Positions 1-26,857 of a stretch of 64,000 bases of DNA are shown piece by piece. The notes under the pieces were generated by a model, which saw nothing but the letters and a program-made list of their open reading frames with translations, made no database searches and was not told the origin of the DNA. Positions within the stretch are counted from its first letter, which is position 1. Each line of letters starts with the position of its first letter. The stretch is from Mizuhopecten yessoensis. Taxonomy: Eukaryota. The stretch lies in NCBI RefSeq assembly GCF_002113885.1, contig NW_018407152.1:91092-155091 (forward strand), written 5' to 3'. The position numbers were made by a program, and so were the translations under genes.

Positions 1-1090
1 TATACATAATAAGATCATGTAACGAGGAACTTGAAAAACTGCACATGCATTTGTAAGGCCTAAAAAGAAATAAAGAATACTGTTTTTTAATCGGAATATT
101 ACAATACAATTTGTGTCATAATTGTAATGCATAGATCTCCAAAAATAATCGCTTAACCAATTCAGGTTGTCAGATAACAGATGTTTGGTTCAACAATACT
201 TGTTGTAATGCGCTGGTCTTCTTATGTAGTTTTCAAAATAAAGGGGCAATAGCATCATATTATAAATAAGGCAGGATGTTGGAATTAGTAACTTGCAGGT
301 TTGATGAAATTAAAGATTCAATTCACAATCACTAGATGTATACGTTTCAACTTTTAAATAACATATTTTTCATATCACTTTATTGACTAATATGAATGAT
401 AGTATTGACAACATTTCATTACTTCTGATTCCATAGTTTGGTCAATTATCAAATTTTCCACAACAAATGAACCTTTTATCAGTTTATTGTGATACTGAAG
501 CTGTCAATTTGCATCGATGAATCCTGATGATGAAATATAACTAGCTATAAGAATTGTTCTTGTCAACTGATTATATATGCAGGCCAACTAACATTCCAGA
601 AAGGTGGCATTAACACCTCAGTACCTGCTAAAAATACATATGGCGAGACCGGGGCTAACAAACTTCAGTTTCCGCCAGGGTTCAATGATCTTCATGTGGG
701 CATGTTTATTATTATGTTCTCGCCCAATCACGTTTGACAACGAGATGTGAATAAGTAGTTGGAGTAAATTTCAAAATATCACCGTGGCTCCAGGTTATAC
801 AAAATGTATATGCAACAGATGTGAAATTTGTTTATTGTATACGAATGTTTATTTAAATACTACTGGCTGGACTTTATTCAAATTTTCGACCAGAATGCAC
901 TCATTTAAATTCAAACAATATCGTTGCTTTTCGTTTGAAATATCATTTTGCTTATTGTAAGAAAAGCCGGCTTTTGGCGTGAAGACGAATGTTGATATTT
1001 GCAGTGGCGGGTGAAAATAATCGCTCGATTCAAGCATTAACAAGTAACTTCTCAACGACTGGCACCCACCACCGAGCACCGACATCATTC

Positions 1091-13683
<12,593 letters not shown>

Positions 13684-14921
13684 CATGTCACAGTTCTATG
13701 ACTCACATCAGTGTTTAATGCCTGCCATAACATTATTTCCACATTTTTGGTTTGAATTTCTAGTAAGAAAATCAAGACATTATGATAAGACAGATATGAA
13801 GATTAAATCTAAATGGACACCTGTTCTTGTAAAAAATTCAAATCTGTGACAAAAGAATCTATTTGATGATTTTAATTCAGTGTTTAATGTGTATCGATAC
13901 ACGCAGTGCTTTTGAAGTTAAGATATTGCATTATATGCATGTAGTGTACAAGTTTTTTTGCTGGATTATGAAACACATTTACCACACAGCGGTTCATTTG
14001 CACTATGTAACCAATGCTGTGAGTTTCAGTCCAAAAGCAGTTGGCATTTTCACTTTGATAAAAATAAGTCACTATATCCAGATGACCCATTCCAAATTTG
14101 GAAACAGATAATGACCTGCATTTCTTCATGAGCTATAACTTACCAAATATATAAACAGGATATTTTTGTCCTGCTCTTGGATGCAGGGTCAGTGCTATAT
14201 CTACAATTACTGTACTTTCTCAGTTCTGAATGGCTGCTGATCGTTCTGGACAATAGCTACCACCCCCTGTCCTCCGTCCCCTCCACACACACACACCTAT
14301 GCATGGAAAGTAAGGGAAAATGTTGGGTGGGCTTATTATGAGGCATGGGCTTATCAGCAGTAAAAAAAACCAGTAAATATGAATGGATTGTGACCTACAT
14401 AAATAGGAATGGCTGCCAAAAAAAAGTAAATAGGTATAAAATTATTAGTTCATATTAAGTTACACAAATATGATTGTGATTGTTTCAAGTTTTCCGGGAA
14501 TGGATGTGTATAGAGCTGCAGGGCCTTTGTATTATAACACTCCTACAACTGTCAGACCCTCAAATGTTCTCATTTAGGACTTTGAGTGACATTTGTTCTA
14601 TATTTTTGTTCTCATTTTGGTAAGAACTGTTTAAAGCCTGTCAAATTTTCATTATTCAACATGAATTCGTAACATTCCATTCTTTACAAGTACAGTACTT
14701 AAACTCGTTTTTTTTTATATTGTCAAGATTGCATAATATACAGATGTATATTGGATGCTTTTAAAAATCAAACTTTTTGGTGTGATAAAGAACAACGTGA
14801 CTGTACTGTAAAGTTTCAAAGGATCAGTTTTAATTTTTGATGTTGACCTTGATTTCTTATTGTGTGTTTCAGAAGAAATTCTTTATTAATATGTTTGACA
14901 ATGAATGTTTTTCTAACATGT

Positions 14922-14964
<43 letters not shown>

Positions 14965-17675
14965 NTTAACTGAGATACATCATAAAATACTGATATTGTA
15001 CCACGCGTGATGATCAAACAGATGTTTTACTATAAATCAAACTCATCTCAACACTTTCACAGTGGCTATGATCAATTCTTTACCACCTTGACATGTTTAG
15101 GGATCGACTGTTTAGAGTAGGCAGACACATCATGTCATAATAGTATTTTATATACATGTATAAATGATAGTTTGGAACAAATGAAAAAGTTGTTTTAAAA
15201 AGAGATCATTACACATTGAGATAATAACAAACTGCCATTGGCAATAATTATATAATATATGTATGAAAACTGTCATTAAAATCACTGCCAATGTTTACAT
15301 TACTATAGATTTACAGGTTATAAAGTGTCTAGTTTGATTGATGTATCGTTGTTAACCACATTTACTGACCAGCTAAGCAGCTTTATTGATTCTCCTGCCA
15401 TGGTTTTATTCTGGTTACATTTGAAATCAAATGATGACACTATTTATAACACTTACTATATTTGTAAAGTGAAGGATTTGAATTGGTTTCAAAAATAATG
15501 TTATTGACAATCTGACGTGATTTCCATATTTATGTTAACATGTTTTATTTCATTAAGGTGCTACATGTGTGCTTCTAGTTTAGTTTACAGAATCAATATT
15601 AACACAAAACCATATTTAAAGTAACATTACAGAACAAGCGTCTTGGCACGACTTGACTGGGTCGGACACAGTAATGCTTTATACTTTGTATACGTTGTAG
15701 CTTTTTATAAATGTTTTATTTCTATTAACGTTTTTAACCAACATCTGAAGCCTTTGGATTAATTGTTTGTATTATCTATTACCATAAGTTAATACTTCTA
15801 CATGTGTTTTTTCTTTTTTCTTTTTATCTAGAGTTCACAAACGTTCAAACCTTTTGAAAATCCTTTGAGTTAATTGTTTTCTGGTGGAGTAAGAAGAGTA
15901 TTACATCCTTTTCACTGTTCTTTTAGAAATGTTTCAGAAAAAATCATATTCATATAATTAATTTTCTAGAATCTGTCTCAATATGTTTATTTTGATGGTA
16001 CACAACAGTATTGTCACTGTGTGTCCTGTGTTACGCAGGTGTTGAATATGTGTATTACCCATGTTAACACTTCATTCTCAGAAGTTTTTTATGTATACAT
16101 TAAAACTTATTTAATACAACTATACAGAGAATTTTAAATGATTTTACACGTCACAAAGTGTTTTTATTGTTATGGCATATCATTTAATTTACAAGTTAAT
16201 GTACGGTAAAAAATATTAAATATATTGGTGAAATTCAATTTCTCAATTTCTTGGATCTGAAGAGTTTATTTTAAGATTAATCTGCTGGGCAGATATGCTT
16301 GTTCTTCTCACCATGTGAGAAAGGAGTTTTCTGTTGGGTGTGAGAAATTTGTTTTCTGTTGGGTGTGAGAAATGAGTTTTCTGTTGGGTGTGAGAAATGT
16401 GTTTTCTGTTGGGTGTGAGAAATGTGTTTTCTGTTGAGTGATATCAACTGTTAGTGTATGGTCAACCTTTTGGTTAACATAGAAATCTCATTTTATCAGA
16501 TATCAAATGATATTGTTTTACAAATGAAAGTCTGTGGTATATAGCTGCCTTTGCTTTGTTTATATGTACATATCTTAGGACTAGTAAATCTCATATTTTA
16601 TGTAGAGGTGAATCAAACACTACAACAAATTCCTTGGTTGTCCAACAGCATTTTGGCATTGGGGGAGGGGGGGGGGGGGGCATAAAGGAATTGTTAAGAA
16701 GAAAAATGAACCGTGAAAATATGTGGATGGTTTGCAAGGTGACAAATTGAAATAAGAAAAGAGGTATTACATCAAGGGTTTACTGTATAACCGACTCACC
16801 ATTATCTCGGACAGTTCTTTATGTTGTTATGTACATAGTACACAAGTACCTTGAGGTGTCTGTTAGCTGTTTAGTAGAAGTATTACATTTATAAGTTTGA
16901 GATATTTATTTCCACTTTATAAAGCTGTGAACAGGGTGTCTTTTTTTATCCATCTTCTTCAATAAATATTTATGTTTCATATTTTTTTTCGTAATAACCA
17001 CAGGGCCCGACATGTAAAAGCTATCCATGATAAGGAATAAGTTGGAGAGTTGTATATGAAATAGTCCTGTGTGATTCCACTCCTAGATATTTGCTTTGAT
17101 TTTTAGGGCACTTTTCCTCCCCCACACCATTTCTTGTTGGCACTGTTCTTCCTTTGGGGGTTTTCCCACTGGGAGATACCTTATGTGAAAACATGTTGCC
17201 CCATCATATTGCATCAAGCATGAAACGTCGGCCATTGCTTTCTGTTTTGCCCTGTTGACACAAACAATGGCAGCACTCAGAACAAATGTGCCATTCTGGT
17301 GAGTCAGTGCTAAAATATATTCTACTTAATGGAAAATTGATTTACTCAAATGGAAATCATTTGTCTCTACTAGCTATACTCTTTGTGATTTTATGACCAT
17401 TATATTTAATATAATGATCAGTGGATTCTAATATTGATTTTAATGGTTACAGGATTGGAAAAATATAATGTATAATATTCTTTATATGTTTTTAACATTT
17501 TCAGCAACATTTTGTATACATTGACTTAAGTTAATATTGACCATGTACCTAGTATGGTAGTTACATGTCTGGTCACTCTGCTCTTTCCATATTGTTGATC
17601 AAATTTTACCTTAAAATTTTCAATAAAAAATAATAACAAGGTTTAGAGCTAATAAATATGTGCATTGAACAAGTT
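13684..17675 (+). other. Long 3' UTR of ANKRD10
   Basis: No coding signal after the stop; AATAAA at 16961, 17621 and near 17651 followed by T-rich sequence; end is approximate. Confidence 0.45.
16315..16440. repeat. 25-bp minisatellite, ~5 copies
   Basis: TGAGAAATGTGTTTTCTGTTGGGTG with period 25 (16341, 16366, 16391, 16416). Confidence 0.9.
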
Positions 17676-18684
17676 TATTTACTTCAGGATGCTGAATCAT
17701 TTGTCACACTTCAGATCAGATTGACCATAAAAGATTAAAAAAAAAAAAAAAAAAAAAATTCCTCTTTTATCCACTGCTTCATATACAATTTCAATAGATT
17801 TAGGATGATTCATAGAGAAAAAAATTACATTGGTGTCTTTTTGAAATAATTTTGGCATGAAGCGCTACCCAAATTTTGATCGGTGACGTACAAAGCAAGA
17901 CATTATTCATTTTGTACCTATTATATTTATAATGTGTTACATATTGGCGGGTTATTAAAAGTAACGCCAACAGTGACCGATTTCTACATTGTGTTAATGT
18001 TCAGTCTTTTCTGCTGTTTTATTATGTTATTATATCTTATTATGTTATGAAAAAGTTAAGCAATGTTGTAGTAAAGTACGTGCAATTTAGTTCTTTGATA
18101 TGCTGTTCTAGTTGTCATTTTTTAAACATCAGAACTGTCACTCTAAGTTTATTCATCTCACAAAGTATATGCTTTAACCATACAAAATTAGCTACTACAA
18201 CAAAACTTAGGTGTTCGGAATAATTTTACACGTTTTAGGGGTTAAGATCAACTCTCGGTGAAAATACCACCCGAAATGATGGTATATCTCATTATCTGAA
18301 ACCCTAAAGTCCAAATATAGCTGTAACAACTTCACAGGTCCCTGTGCTTCTCTATACACTGACGGACTTCTTAATGCTGCAAACTAAAGACTAAAACCCA
18401 ATATTTACATTCGCTCCCATTGAAGCTGTGTAAACCGTGACTGCGTATACATTACCGTATACGCAGTGAGATTCCTTGGAGACCATTGTTTCCTATTGAT
18501 GACGTAATTTACATTGTGACATCATAATGGTAACGTTGGAGATCCATCGCTGCTCGCAGGCTGTAGGCTGTTCATTTGTTTGGATTTACGCACGTTACGG
18601 AGGTTTTGTACCATTATAAAAGCAAATGTATTGGAGTTAGCTTTATTCTGAGTGTATTATCATAGTAGGAAAATATGTAAATAT

Positions 18685-19200
18685 AAGAATTGATCTTCAG
18701 TTTGACTGCGTATACGGTAGTATGAACGCAGTTGGCAACGAACATATTCTTTATGGAGCGCTTACGCGCTCCATAGAATATGTTCGTTGCCAACTGGGTA
18801 TTTCGGGGTTAAGATCAACTCTCGGTGAAAATACCACCCGAAATGATGGTATATCTCATTATCTGATACCCTTAGCTCAGTTTGACTTCGTATACGGTAG
18901 TATGAACGCAGTTGGCAACGAACATATTCTTTATGGAGCGCTTACGCGCTCCATAGAATATGTTCGTTGCCAACTGGGTATTTCGGGGTTAAGATCAACT
19001 CTCGGTGAAAATACCACCCGAAATGATGGTATATCTCATTATCTGATACCCTTAGCTCAGATTGACTTCGTATACGGTAGTATGAACGCAGTTGGCAACG
19101 AACATATTCTTTATGGAGCGCTTACGCGCTCCATAGAATATGTTCGTTGCCAACTGCGTTCATACTACCGTATACGCAGTCAAAATGAAGGTCAATCCTT
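18685..19200. mobile_element. Foldback (palindromic) MITE with internal 180-bp tandem amplification
   Basis: Outer arms ttgatcttcagtttgactgcgtatacggtag / ctaccgtatacgcagtcaaaatgaaggtcaa; 180-bp period (18721, 18901, 19081); a ~75-bp sub-block also occurs alone at 18234-18308. Confidence 0.8.
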
Positions 19201-20639
19201 AAATGAACAAGGCGGCGATCAGTTGGTCGAGAGTAGATCAAGGAGGGTTACAAAAAAGTATGGCATTATCATACCAACCAAGGATTAGGCCACATAGTGC
19301 TAGCATACGCCTGTTTGACGTATAATCGAGAATAAACTAAAAGGAAAACCTTCGTTGCCCGCGGTGAGTAAGAAAGACCAAAGGCTGTTCCGCAAAGACT
19401 TGTAAATAAAACAATAGGCAGCCCAATTTACGTTTCATCTTGATCGGCTTTGAATGGTTTCCTGATGTTCTAAAGACCCGAATGTGTCCTATACAGCGAA
19501 ATCTACCCAGCATGGACTTGAATATCATTTTATTCCGTGGTTCCATCTAGTTTTGCATACTTAGGTTTGTCCAAATTATGAAACACCCGTGGTGTACCAA
19601 GTACCGTTGTCATTATTTGTCGAATATCAGGTCCGAAAATTAAAGGAGATTGAACAAAGAGTGAAACCTGTCCAATCATGTATCGTGATCATAACTGGCA
19701 GTCATTTAAAAAGACAAACACGTACAACTCGTAATGATATGTAAGAGGAAGATCTAGAAATGATGGAGAGGAGAGAAGTGTTCATGTGGTGGCGCACAGA
19801 AAATCAAATGTTTCATACAAAAATACGGACACAATCCATTCGTCTTTCACGATTTGAGGGGTTACGATTCCTATATCACCATAGGTGATAATCAAAATGA
19901 AAAGAGATCAAATGCATACCGAACAACAAAGAGGAATGCACCTCCTCTCATAGGAATGAAACGATTTCATACAGCTTGCAATTTCTCTGTACATCTTTGA
20001 AGAAACTGTTAAAAGATTTAAGCTAAGTAATTACAGGTTAAAACTTTCACAATAGTGAACCCTATCTCGAATAGCCTGGTGAAGAGTTTCTCAATTGCAG
20101 TTTTCTACTAGCGCTTACCCCTCCTCCCCCTACTTTAGAACTCTTAGAATCAGGTCAGACACGAAAGTGAGCAAACTTAATAGTTATTTTTAATCGTGTT
20201 ATTTTTCTAAAAAATCTAGAGACTGGTGCGAGTCCATATCTCGATCTGTTGTGACAGAAACAAGCTCTAAAATATACCCTTTCCACGACTTTAACTTACA
20301 AAAGTATTACATAGATTCCATGAAGATCAGTGAAACCCTCATTACAATATAAATAATAGTTAGTCTGGTATGTCTGTATGACAGAGGAGTTTATGACCTT
20401 GACAAATGTGTTTAGTGACTTCCAGATTAAGAATTTCGCAGAAAATTCCTCGTGGATATATTTGAGAATTTCAGAAACCAATGTCTTGGTTCATCCGGTG
20501 TAGACGTGGTCCAGGTTTTGCGTCTCCGAGCTTGACATGCGTCCAGCTAGAGCCTCTCTCAAGGACACTTAACATGCCTTTGTTGAGAAAGGTCCCTTAC
20601 GTGGTGGCATATCAATGATGACCCATTGACGCAACGGCC

Positions 20640-22680
20640 AATACCAATAACGAGTATGTCACCAAAAAAAAAATCAACAAGTACATCACCAAAACCAATA
20701 ACGAACAGTACGTCACCAAAACCAATTACTAGTATGTCACCAAAACCAATATTAAATACGTCACCAAAACCAATAACAAGTACGTCACCAAAACCAATAA
20801 CAAGTAAGTTACCAAAATCAATTACTAGTATGTCACCAAAACCAATTACTAGTATGTCACCAAAACCAATAACAAGAACGTCACCAAAACCAATTACTAG
20901 TATCTCACCAAAACCAGTAAGAAGTGTGTCACCAAAATCAGTAAGAAGTATGTCACAGAAACCAATAATGAGTAGGTCACCAAAACCAATAACGAGTACG
21001 TCACCAAGACCAATAACAAGTACGAAACCAAAACCAATTACTAGTATGTCATCAAAACCAATAACGAGTACGTCACAAAAACCAATAACGAGTTAGTCAC
21101 CAAAACCAATAACAAGTACGTCACCAAAACCAATTACGAGTACGTCACCAAAACCAATAACAAGTACGTCACAAAAACCAATAACAAGTACGTCACCAAA
21201 ACCAATAATAAGTACGTCACCAAAACCAATAACGAGTTAGTCACCAAAACCAATAATAAGTACGTCACCAAAACCAATAACGAGTACGTCACCAAGACCA
21301 ATAACAAGTACGTCACCAAAACCAATTACTAGTATGTCATCAAAACCAATAACGAGTACGTCACCAAAACCAATAACGAGTACGTCACCAAAACCAATAA
21401 CGAGTACGTCGCCAAAACCAATAACAAGTACGTCACCAAAACAAATAACAAGTAAGTTACCAAAACCAATTACTAGTATGTCACCAAAACCAGTAAGAAG
21501 TGTGTCCCCAAAATCAGTAAGAAGTATGTCACCAAAACCAATAACAAGTACGTCACAAAAACCAATAAGCAGTACGTCACCAAAACCAATAACGAGTACG
21601 TCACCAAAACCAATAACAAGTACGTCACCAAAACCAATAACAAGTAAGTTACCAAAACCAATTACTAGTATGTCACCAAAACCAATAACAAGAACGTCAC
21701 CAAAACCAATTACTAGTATGTCACCAAAACCAGTAAGAAGTGTGTCACCAAAATCAGTAAGAAGTATGTCACCAAAACCAATAACAAGTACGTCACAAAA
21801 ACCAATAACAAGTAAGTTACCAAAACCAATTACTAGTATGTCACCAAAACCAATAACAAGAACGTCACCAAAACCAATTACTAGTATGTCACCAAAACCA
21901 GTAAGAAGTGTGTCACCAAAATCAGTAAGAAGTATGTCACCAAAACCAATAACAAGTACGTCACAAAAACCAATAACAAGTAAGTTACCAAAACCAATTA
22001 CTAGTATGTCACCAAAACCAATAACAAGAACGTCACCAAAACCAATTACTAGTATGTCACCAAAACCAGTAAGAAGTGTGTCACCAAAATCAGTAAGAAG
22101 TATGTCACCAAAACCAATAACAAGTACGTCACAAAAACCAATAACAAGTAAGTTACCAAAACCAATTACTAGTATGTCACCAAAACCAATAACAAGAACG
22201 TCACCAAAACCAATTACTAGTATGTCACCAAAACCAGTAAGAAGTATGTCACCAAAACCAATAACGAGTTCGTCACCAAAACCAATAACAAGTACGTCAC
22301 CAAAATTAATAACAAGTACGTCACCAAAACCAATTACGAGTACGTCACCAAAACCAATAACAAGTACGTCACAAAAACCAATAACAAGTACGTACGTCAC
22401 CAAAACCAATTAGGAGTACGTCACCAAAACCAATAACAAGTACGTCACCAAAACCAATTACTAGTATGTCACCAAAACCAATAACGAGTACGTACGTCAC
22501 CAAAACCAATAACAAGTATGTCACCCAAACCAATTACTAGTATGTCACCAAAACCAATAACGAGTACGTACGTCACCAAAACCAATTACTAGTATGTCAC
22601 CAAAACCAGTAAGAAGTGCGTCACCAAAACCAATAACGATCGCGAGTACGTCACCAAAACCAATAACGAGTTCGTCACCG
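20640..22680. repeat. 24-bp minisatellite (~85 units) with 168-bp higher-order repeat
   Basis: Unit TCACCAAAACCAATAACAAGTACG; variant AGTAAGTTAC recurs at 21643, 21811, 21979, 22147. Confidence 0.95.
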
Positions 22681-23050
22681 GATATGATCTGAACAAGAGG
22701 AGTGAAACAATAAAGGAAAAGAGATTCTAGTAAGATCTTGGCGCCCTCCATCAAAGAATATGTATTAGATCTACAAAAGCTGATAGTTGACCTCTTTTAC
22801 TCGCCTTTTCCTTTACATGTACTATTACCCATTCCCATGTTGGAAATATGAATCTTGAACACTGACTTAAACCTTGTAATGCCACAATATTATGTTATTT
22901 GCCTCAAAGACAAATGTTATTGTATAAAAATTGCATGTTCCTTTATACATGTTATCTAAAAATAAAAATATGCAATTCTTGCATGATAAAAAATTCTGTC
23001 AGTGACGGATGAATTCTGACCAGGGCCATGGATATTTCTAACAAGGCATT

Positions 23051-23124
23051 TTCGATATCAAGGGGTTACGCTCACTTACGCTCTCTGTAGAAAGCGTAAA
23101 TGAGCGTAACGTCTGGATATCGAG
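23051..23124. repeat. Short palindromic element
   Basis: tcgatatc..gttacgctcacttacgct / agcgtaaatgagcgtaac..gatatcga. Confidence 0.6.
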
Positions 23125-23136
23125 GATGCTAATTAG

Positions 23137-23704
23137 GGTAGCAGTGTACAGTAGAAATGGCTTGACCCTAAAAATAAAGGGCATGTCTCAGATAAACATG
23201 GATAGTGAATTTCAATCTGCAAAAACTATTTTCCCCAGATTTGGGACTTGTGAAAACCATGGTTAACACATAAAAAACCCCACCAAAATATGCAAAATAA
23301 CAAGATTTTAACCCAAAATTTGACCCCCGCAAGTAGTTTTTTTCCCCTTAAAACCCATCTGAAGTTAAATACCGCCTACTCGGTAACAGAAATACTCACG
23401 TTTTAGCAAAGGTCATACCGGTGGATTTTTCACAATATTTACACATGTGCTGAGTACAAAAATAAACTACATGAAAAGCTAGCTTTTGTTGTGTAGACAC
23501 AGATTTGTAAATGCCCAAAACTTTAGTCTCAAACCAAATTCGATTTTTTTTTTAAATTATGAAGCCCACATAGTCCACTTCATCATGTATATGCCAATTT
23601 GAGTGCTGTTTTTTTTTAAATTTTAATACATGCTATATTACAGGGGTTATTCATGGTATAAAAATATCACCCGTGGCCACCGTACGCTACTGTACACTGC
23701 TACC
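23137..23704. mobile_element. Non-autonomous TIR element, PIF/Harbinger-like
   Basis: Perfect 18-bp TIR GGTAGCAGTGTACAGTAG / CTACTGTACACTGCTACC with TTA/TAA in the flanks. Confidence 0.65.
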
Positions 23705-23965
23705 TAACAATGGGACCAAGAGGAAAATTGAACTGCAAAAATTCAAGATGGCTGTCTGGTGGCCATCCTGTTTTTCCAAAGCAGTCCCTAAAACCAACAT
23801 GCATAAGTATGGACCATTGGAAACCTTCGTGTAAATTTGAAAAATATCTCTAATACTTTCTGAGAAATAGTGCTGAAAATCTTTAACTCGATCTTAAACT
23901 TCAAGAGGACTGCCTGTCGGCGATCTTGGTTTTCCGATCAGTCTTGAAATTAAAATATGCATAAC

Positions 23966-23996
23966 CACGAAATTAGATTAGTTATCTAAGTCCGTG
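23966..23996. mobile_element. 31-bp CA...TG palindrome flanked by a 7-bp duplication (candidate P-type footprint)
   Basis: GCATAAC-cacgaaattagattagttatctaagtccgtg-GCATAAC. Confidence 0.65.
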
Positions 23997-25091
23997 GCAT
24001 AACTAAGGACCATGGGAAATGTTTATGTGACATTTGAGAAAGATCCCTTCAGCGCTTTCTGAGAAGTAGGGCTAACAAACTTTAACTCTAATAATTCAAG
24101 ATATCCGCCTGTCGTCCATGTGTTTTAAAATGTAGTGTTTTTGCGTGAACTTCTATGTCTTAGTCCGTGGTCAGACACATGCTCCATTGGCGTACACAGC
24201 TAGACAGAAAGATACGTATAAATCTTCTAAAGTCATCATATGACAAATGCAAAGGTCACGCACTGTTTAATGATCGTTTACTACAAATCTAGTGTTTCGG
24301 GATATGAAGGATTAGACTTTTGGTAATAAAATCCATGCCTTCGTTGGATTAAAATCTAATATGTGCAAGTGTAGGCCTACTTTTATGGCATTATAACATA
24401 TAACAGTGCATGGACAGGATCCGTGAGGTATAGCAATCATATATCCGTGTCGGAACAAAAACTGCAAAAGACGCCAAGAAAAGAAAAACCGTCATTAATA
24501 CGAAGACATGAGCAGTTTCTCTTTGACCGAGAAGTACAAATATGAAAAATTACACAGATCCACAGTTACGACCACCAACTATAGAAGCATGAACAAAATT
24601 GAACAATAGTCCTTCGACGGCAATGCTATCTGCTCCCCGAACCAGCCTATACAAGGTATCGCCTTGACATCTAGGAGGAGCTACATGTAGTATATGAATG
24701 CCAATAGCCAGAACATCTTCATGGCGGGAATCCGTCGGCTGTTTTATATCCACTGGTCAAAGATATTGGTAACGTGACGTCATTATCCGTCCTGGATGTC
24801 GTTTTGACCAATTTGTTGTTAGGGGTCTAGGGCAACTCCAACCATACACTTGCCCTCAGGCGAAATTTTGGGTGTTTCCAATTTGAGAGAGCAATTTAGC
24901 ATTATAATTCCACCAAATCTTACATATATTTTTCACCGTAATATATGCATGTTCAGTGAGATCAGTAACTTAAATCAAATTCCTATTAAATGTTTATTAA
25001 GCATTGTAGAGCGTAGCAGGGACGTATATACTGTCCCTGAGCGTAGTAAGACATTGTATTTCTCCCCAGTATTGCGCAACCCAACTAAAGA

Positions 25092-26366
25092 CAGGGGGGA
25101 CCCAGGAATTAATTTTGGGTGTTGCCCAAAATTTTAAACTCAGAAAAAGACTAAAAAAAACCTAATAAATTATATTTGTCATGTCGGTGTATTTTTTTTA
25201 CATCACAGATACCGCAACATCCACCCCAGACCATTTTATACTCCACCTGGATTGTTGGAGTTGTGTGGGCAGGAGAAAAACACTTTCTCTGATATTCCAT
25301 GCGTGCGACGCAATGGTAAAAATGTAGGTTTTTGGTTAAAATGTTGATGTTTGTGTCATGCCTTTCATGTGCATGTAGTTTAGGCGAGCATTTTGGCAAT
25401 TGAATATTAATTTATTTTGTCATAAATATGAATTATGATTTGACTATCTTTTATTGTGAATTTGTATGCATGCATATGTACAAGGGCAACACCTGTTAAA
25501 AAGGATATATATATACATGCCAGGCTTTTATGCTAACATTGGTTGTTTTTCACCTGATAACGTGATGCTAAGGTGGATGCTTTATTGTCTTTGAAATTTT
25601 TGAAATTTACATTTTTTAACACTCCTGGTGATCATGTGTACATGAAACCACAGGTGAAAATACAGGTTTATCTATCATGAAATGGACTCTACCTTTGAGA
25701 TAACAATTAACATATTTATACCTTATTCCAACAGATGGTTTTATCCTCTCTCATCAGTGGACAGCGTGATCACCACACCGTGACATTAGAACAATACAAT
25801 TAGGCAGACAGTCCGGTGAGCCTTCACCACTGACCTGACTGGAGACCCTACTAATATATAAACAAAAGAGGATTAACCCCCTATTTTTAGAGTTTAAGTA
25901 GTGGACTCCTTGTTTGGGCAACTGCACCTTTAAGCATATATAGATATTCAAACTGCTGCTTGCCATAGAAAATCATAGTTCACAGGATGGTTGATATTAG
26001 ATGAAAATCCCATATGAAAAAGAGGAAAATATTCAAAAACCTAAGTCCAGATTATTTTTGGACACAGAAAAAGGGTGTTTTATGTTGTGTCAGATTTTTA
26101 TTAGTTTAAGTTATATACCAGTACATATACCTACATATAATCAATTATATACTATTTCTGGCTCTGTAAGGGAGAGAGTTCATAAAGGTGGACAGAGTTG
26201 ATATGACCAACACCGAATCAGAACTTTTTCCAAATACAGCTCAGTCGGGGTGTATGTTACTATATAATAGGTAAACAATCTTCAAACTATTATGCCTTTT
26301 ACCTGAATAAATATTATTATTATTGTTGCCCGGGCAACTAGGGCAACACCCCTGGGTCAGCCGCTG
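25092..26366. mobile_element. Non-autonomous DNA transposon, hAT-like termini with 5-bp TSD
   Basis: CAGGGGGGACCCAGG...GGGTGTTGCCC left end, GGGCAACACCCCTGGGTCAGCCGCTG right end, AAAGA on both sides, internal GGGCAAC motifs. Confidence 0.55.
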
Positions 26367-26649
26367 AAAGATGTGAAGTGTCCAACTACTACAACTGTCT
26401 TTTTTATTGAATCCAACTCCCTTGCAATTATGTATACGATAATGTCCAGGTTCCGCCCAAGCACTAATGATTTAGAAAATACTCGTGTCAACTTTTAATG
26501 GCAAGTATTTACAAGAATCTAATAAAAAAAAATAAAAAAATTAAACATATACGATAGAAACGAAAAGGCAAGAAGGAGATGTCTAATTCATGTGGTATTC
26601 AAAATGAAACACATTTTTTAAAATTCTTATTTGTAGTTATAATTATCAT

Positions 26650-26673
26650 CACGGACTTGGATCTAATTCCGTG
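26650..26673. mobile_element. 24-bp CA...TG palindrome, same family as 23966
   Basis: TTATCAT-cacggacttggatctaattccgtg-TTATTAT. Confidence 0.55.
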
Positions 26674-26857
26674 TTATTATAAAGATTTTTCAAAAAATTA
26701 AACAATTTAGATGCTTAAATTTGTCTTTCAGTTTTGAGTGTTTATTGGGCATTTAGACTAGCTGAGTTGATCAGGTTCACTTCATTTGGACTTCGTAGAT
26801 CTAATTAAAGGACGAGGGTACCTACTAAGGGAACACGCAACTCGATCATATCATATT

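Noticed and set aside
18722-19288. 188-aa ORF with 60-aa repeats
   Set aside because: Reading frame through the 180-bp palindromic repeat
20626-22413. Mucin-like (SPKPITST)n and antisense (VLVIGFGD)n ORFs
   Set aside because: Frames through a 24-bp minisatellite; internal TAGs, 4-nt insertions, no signal peptide or convincing splice sites
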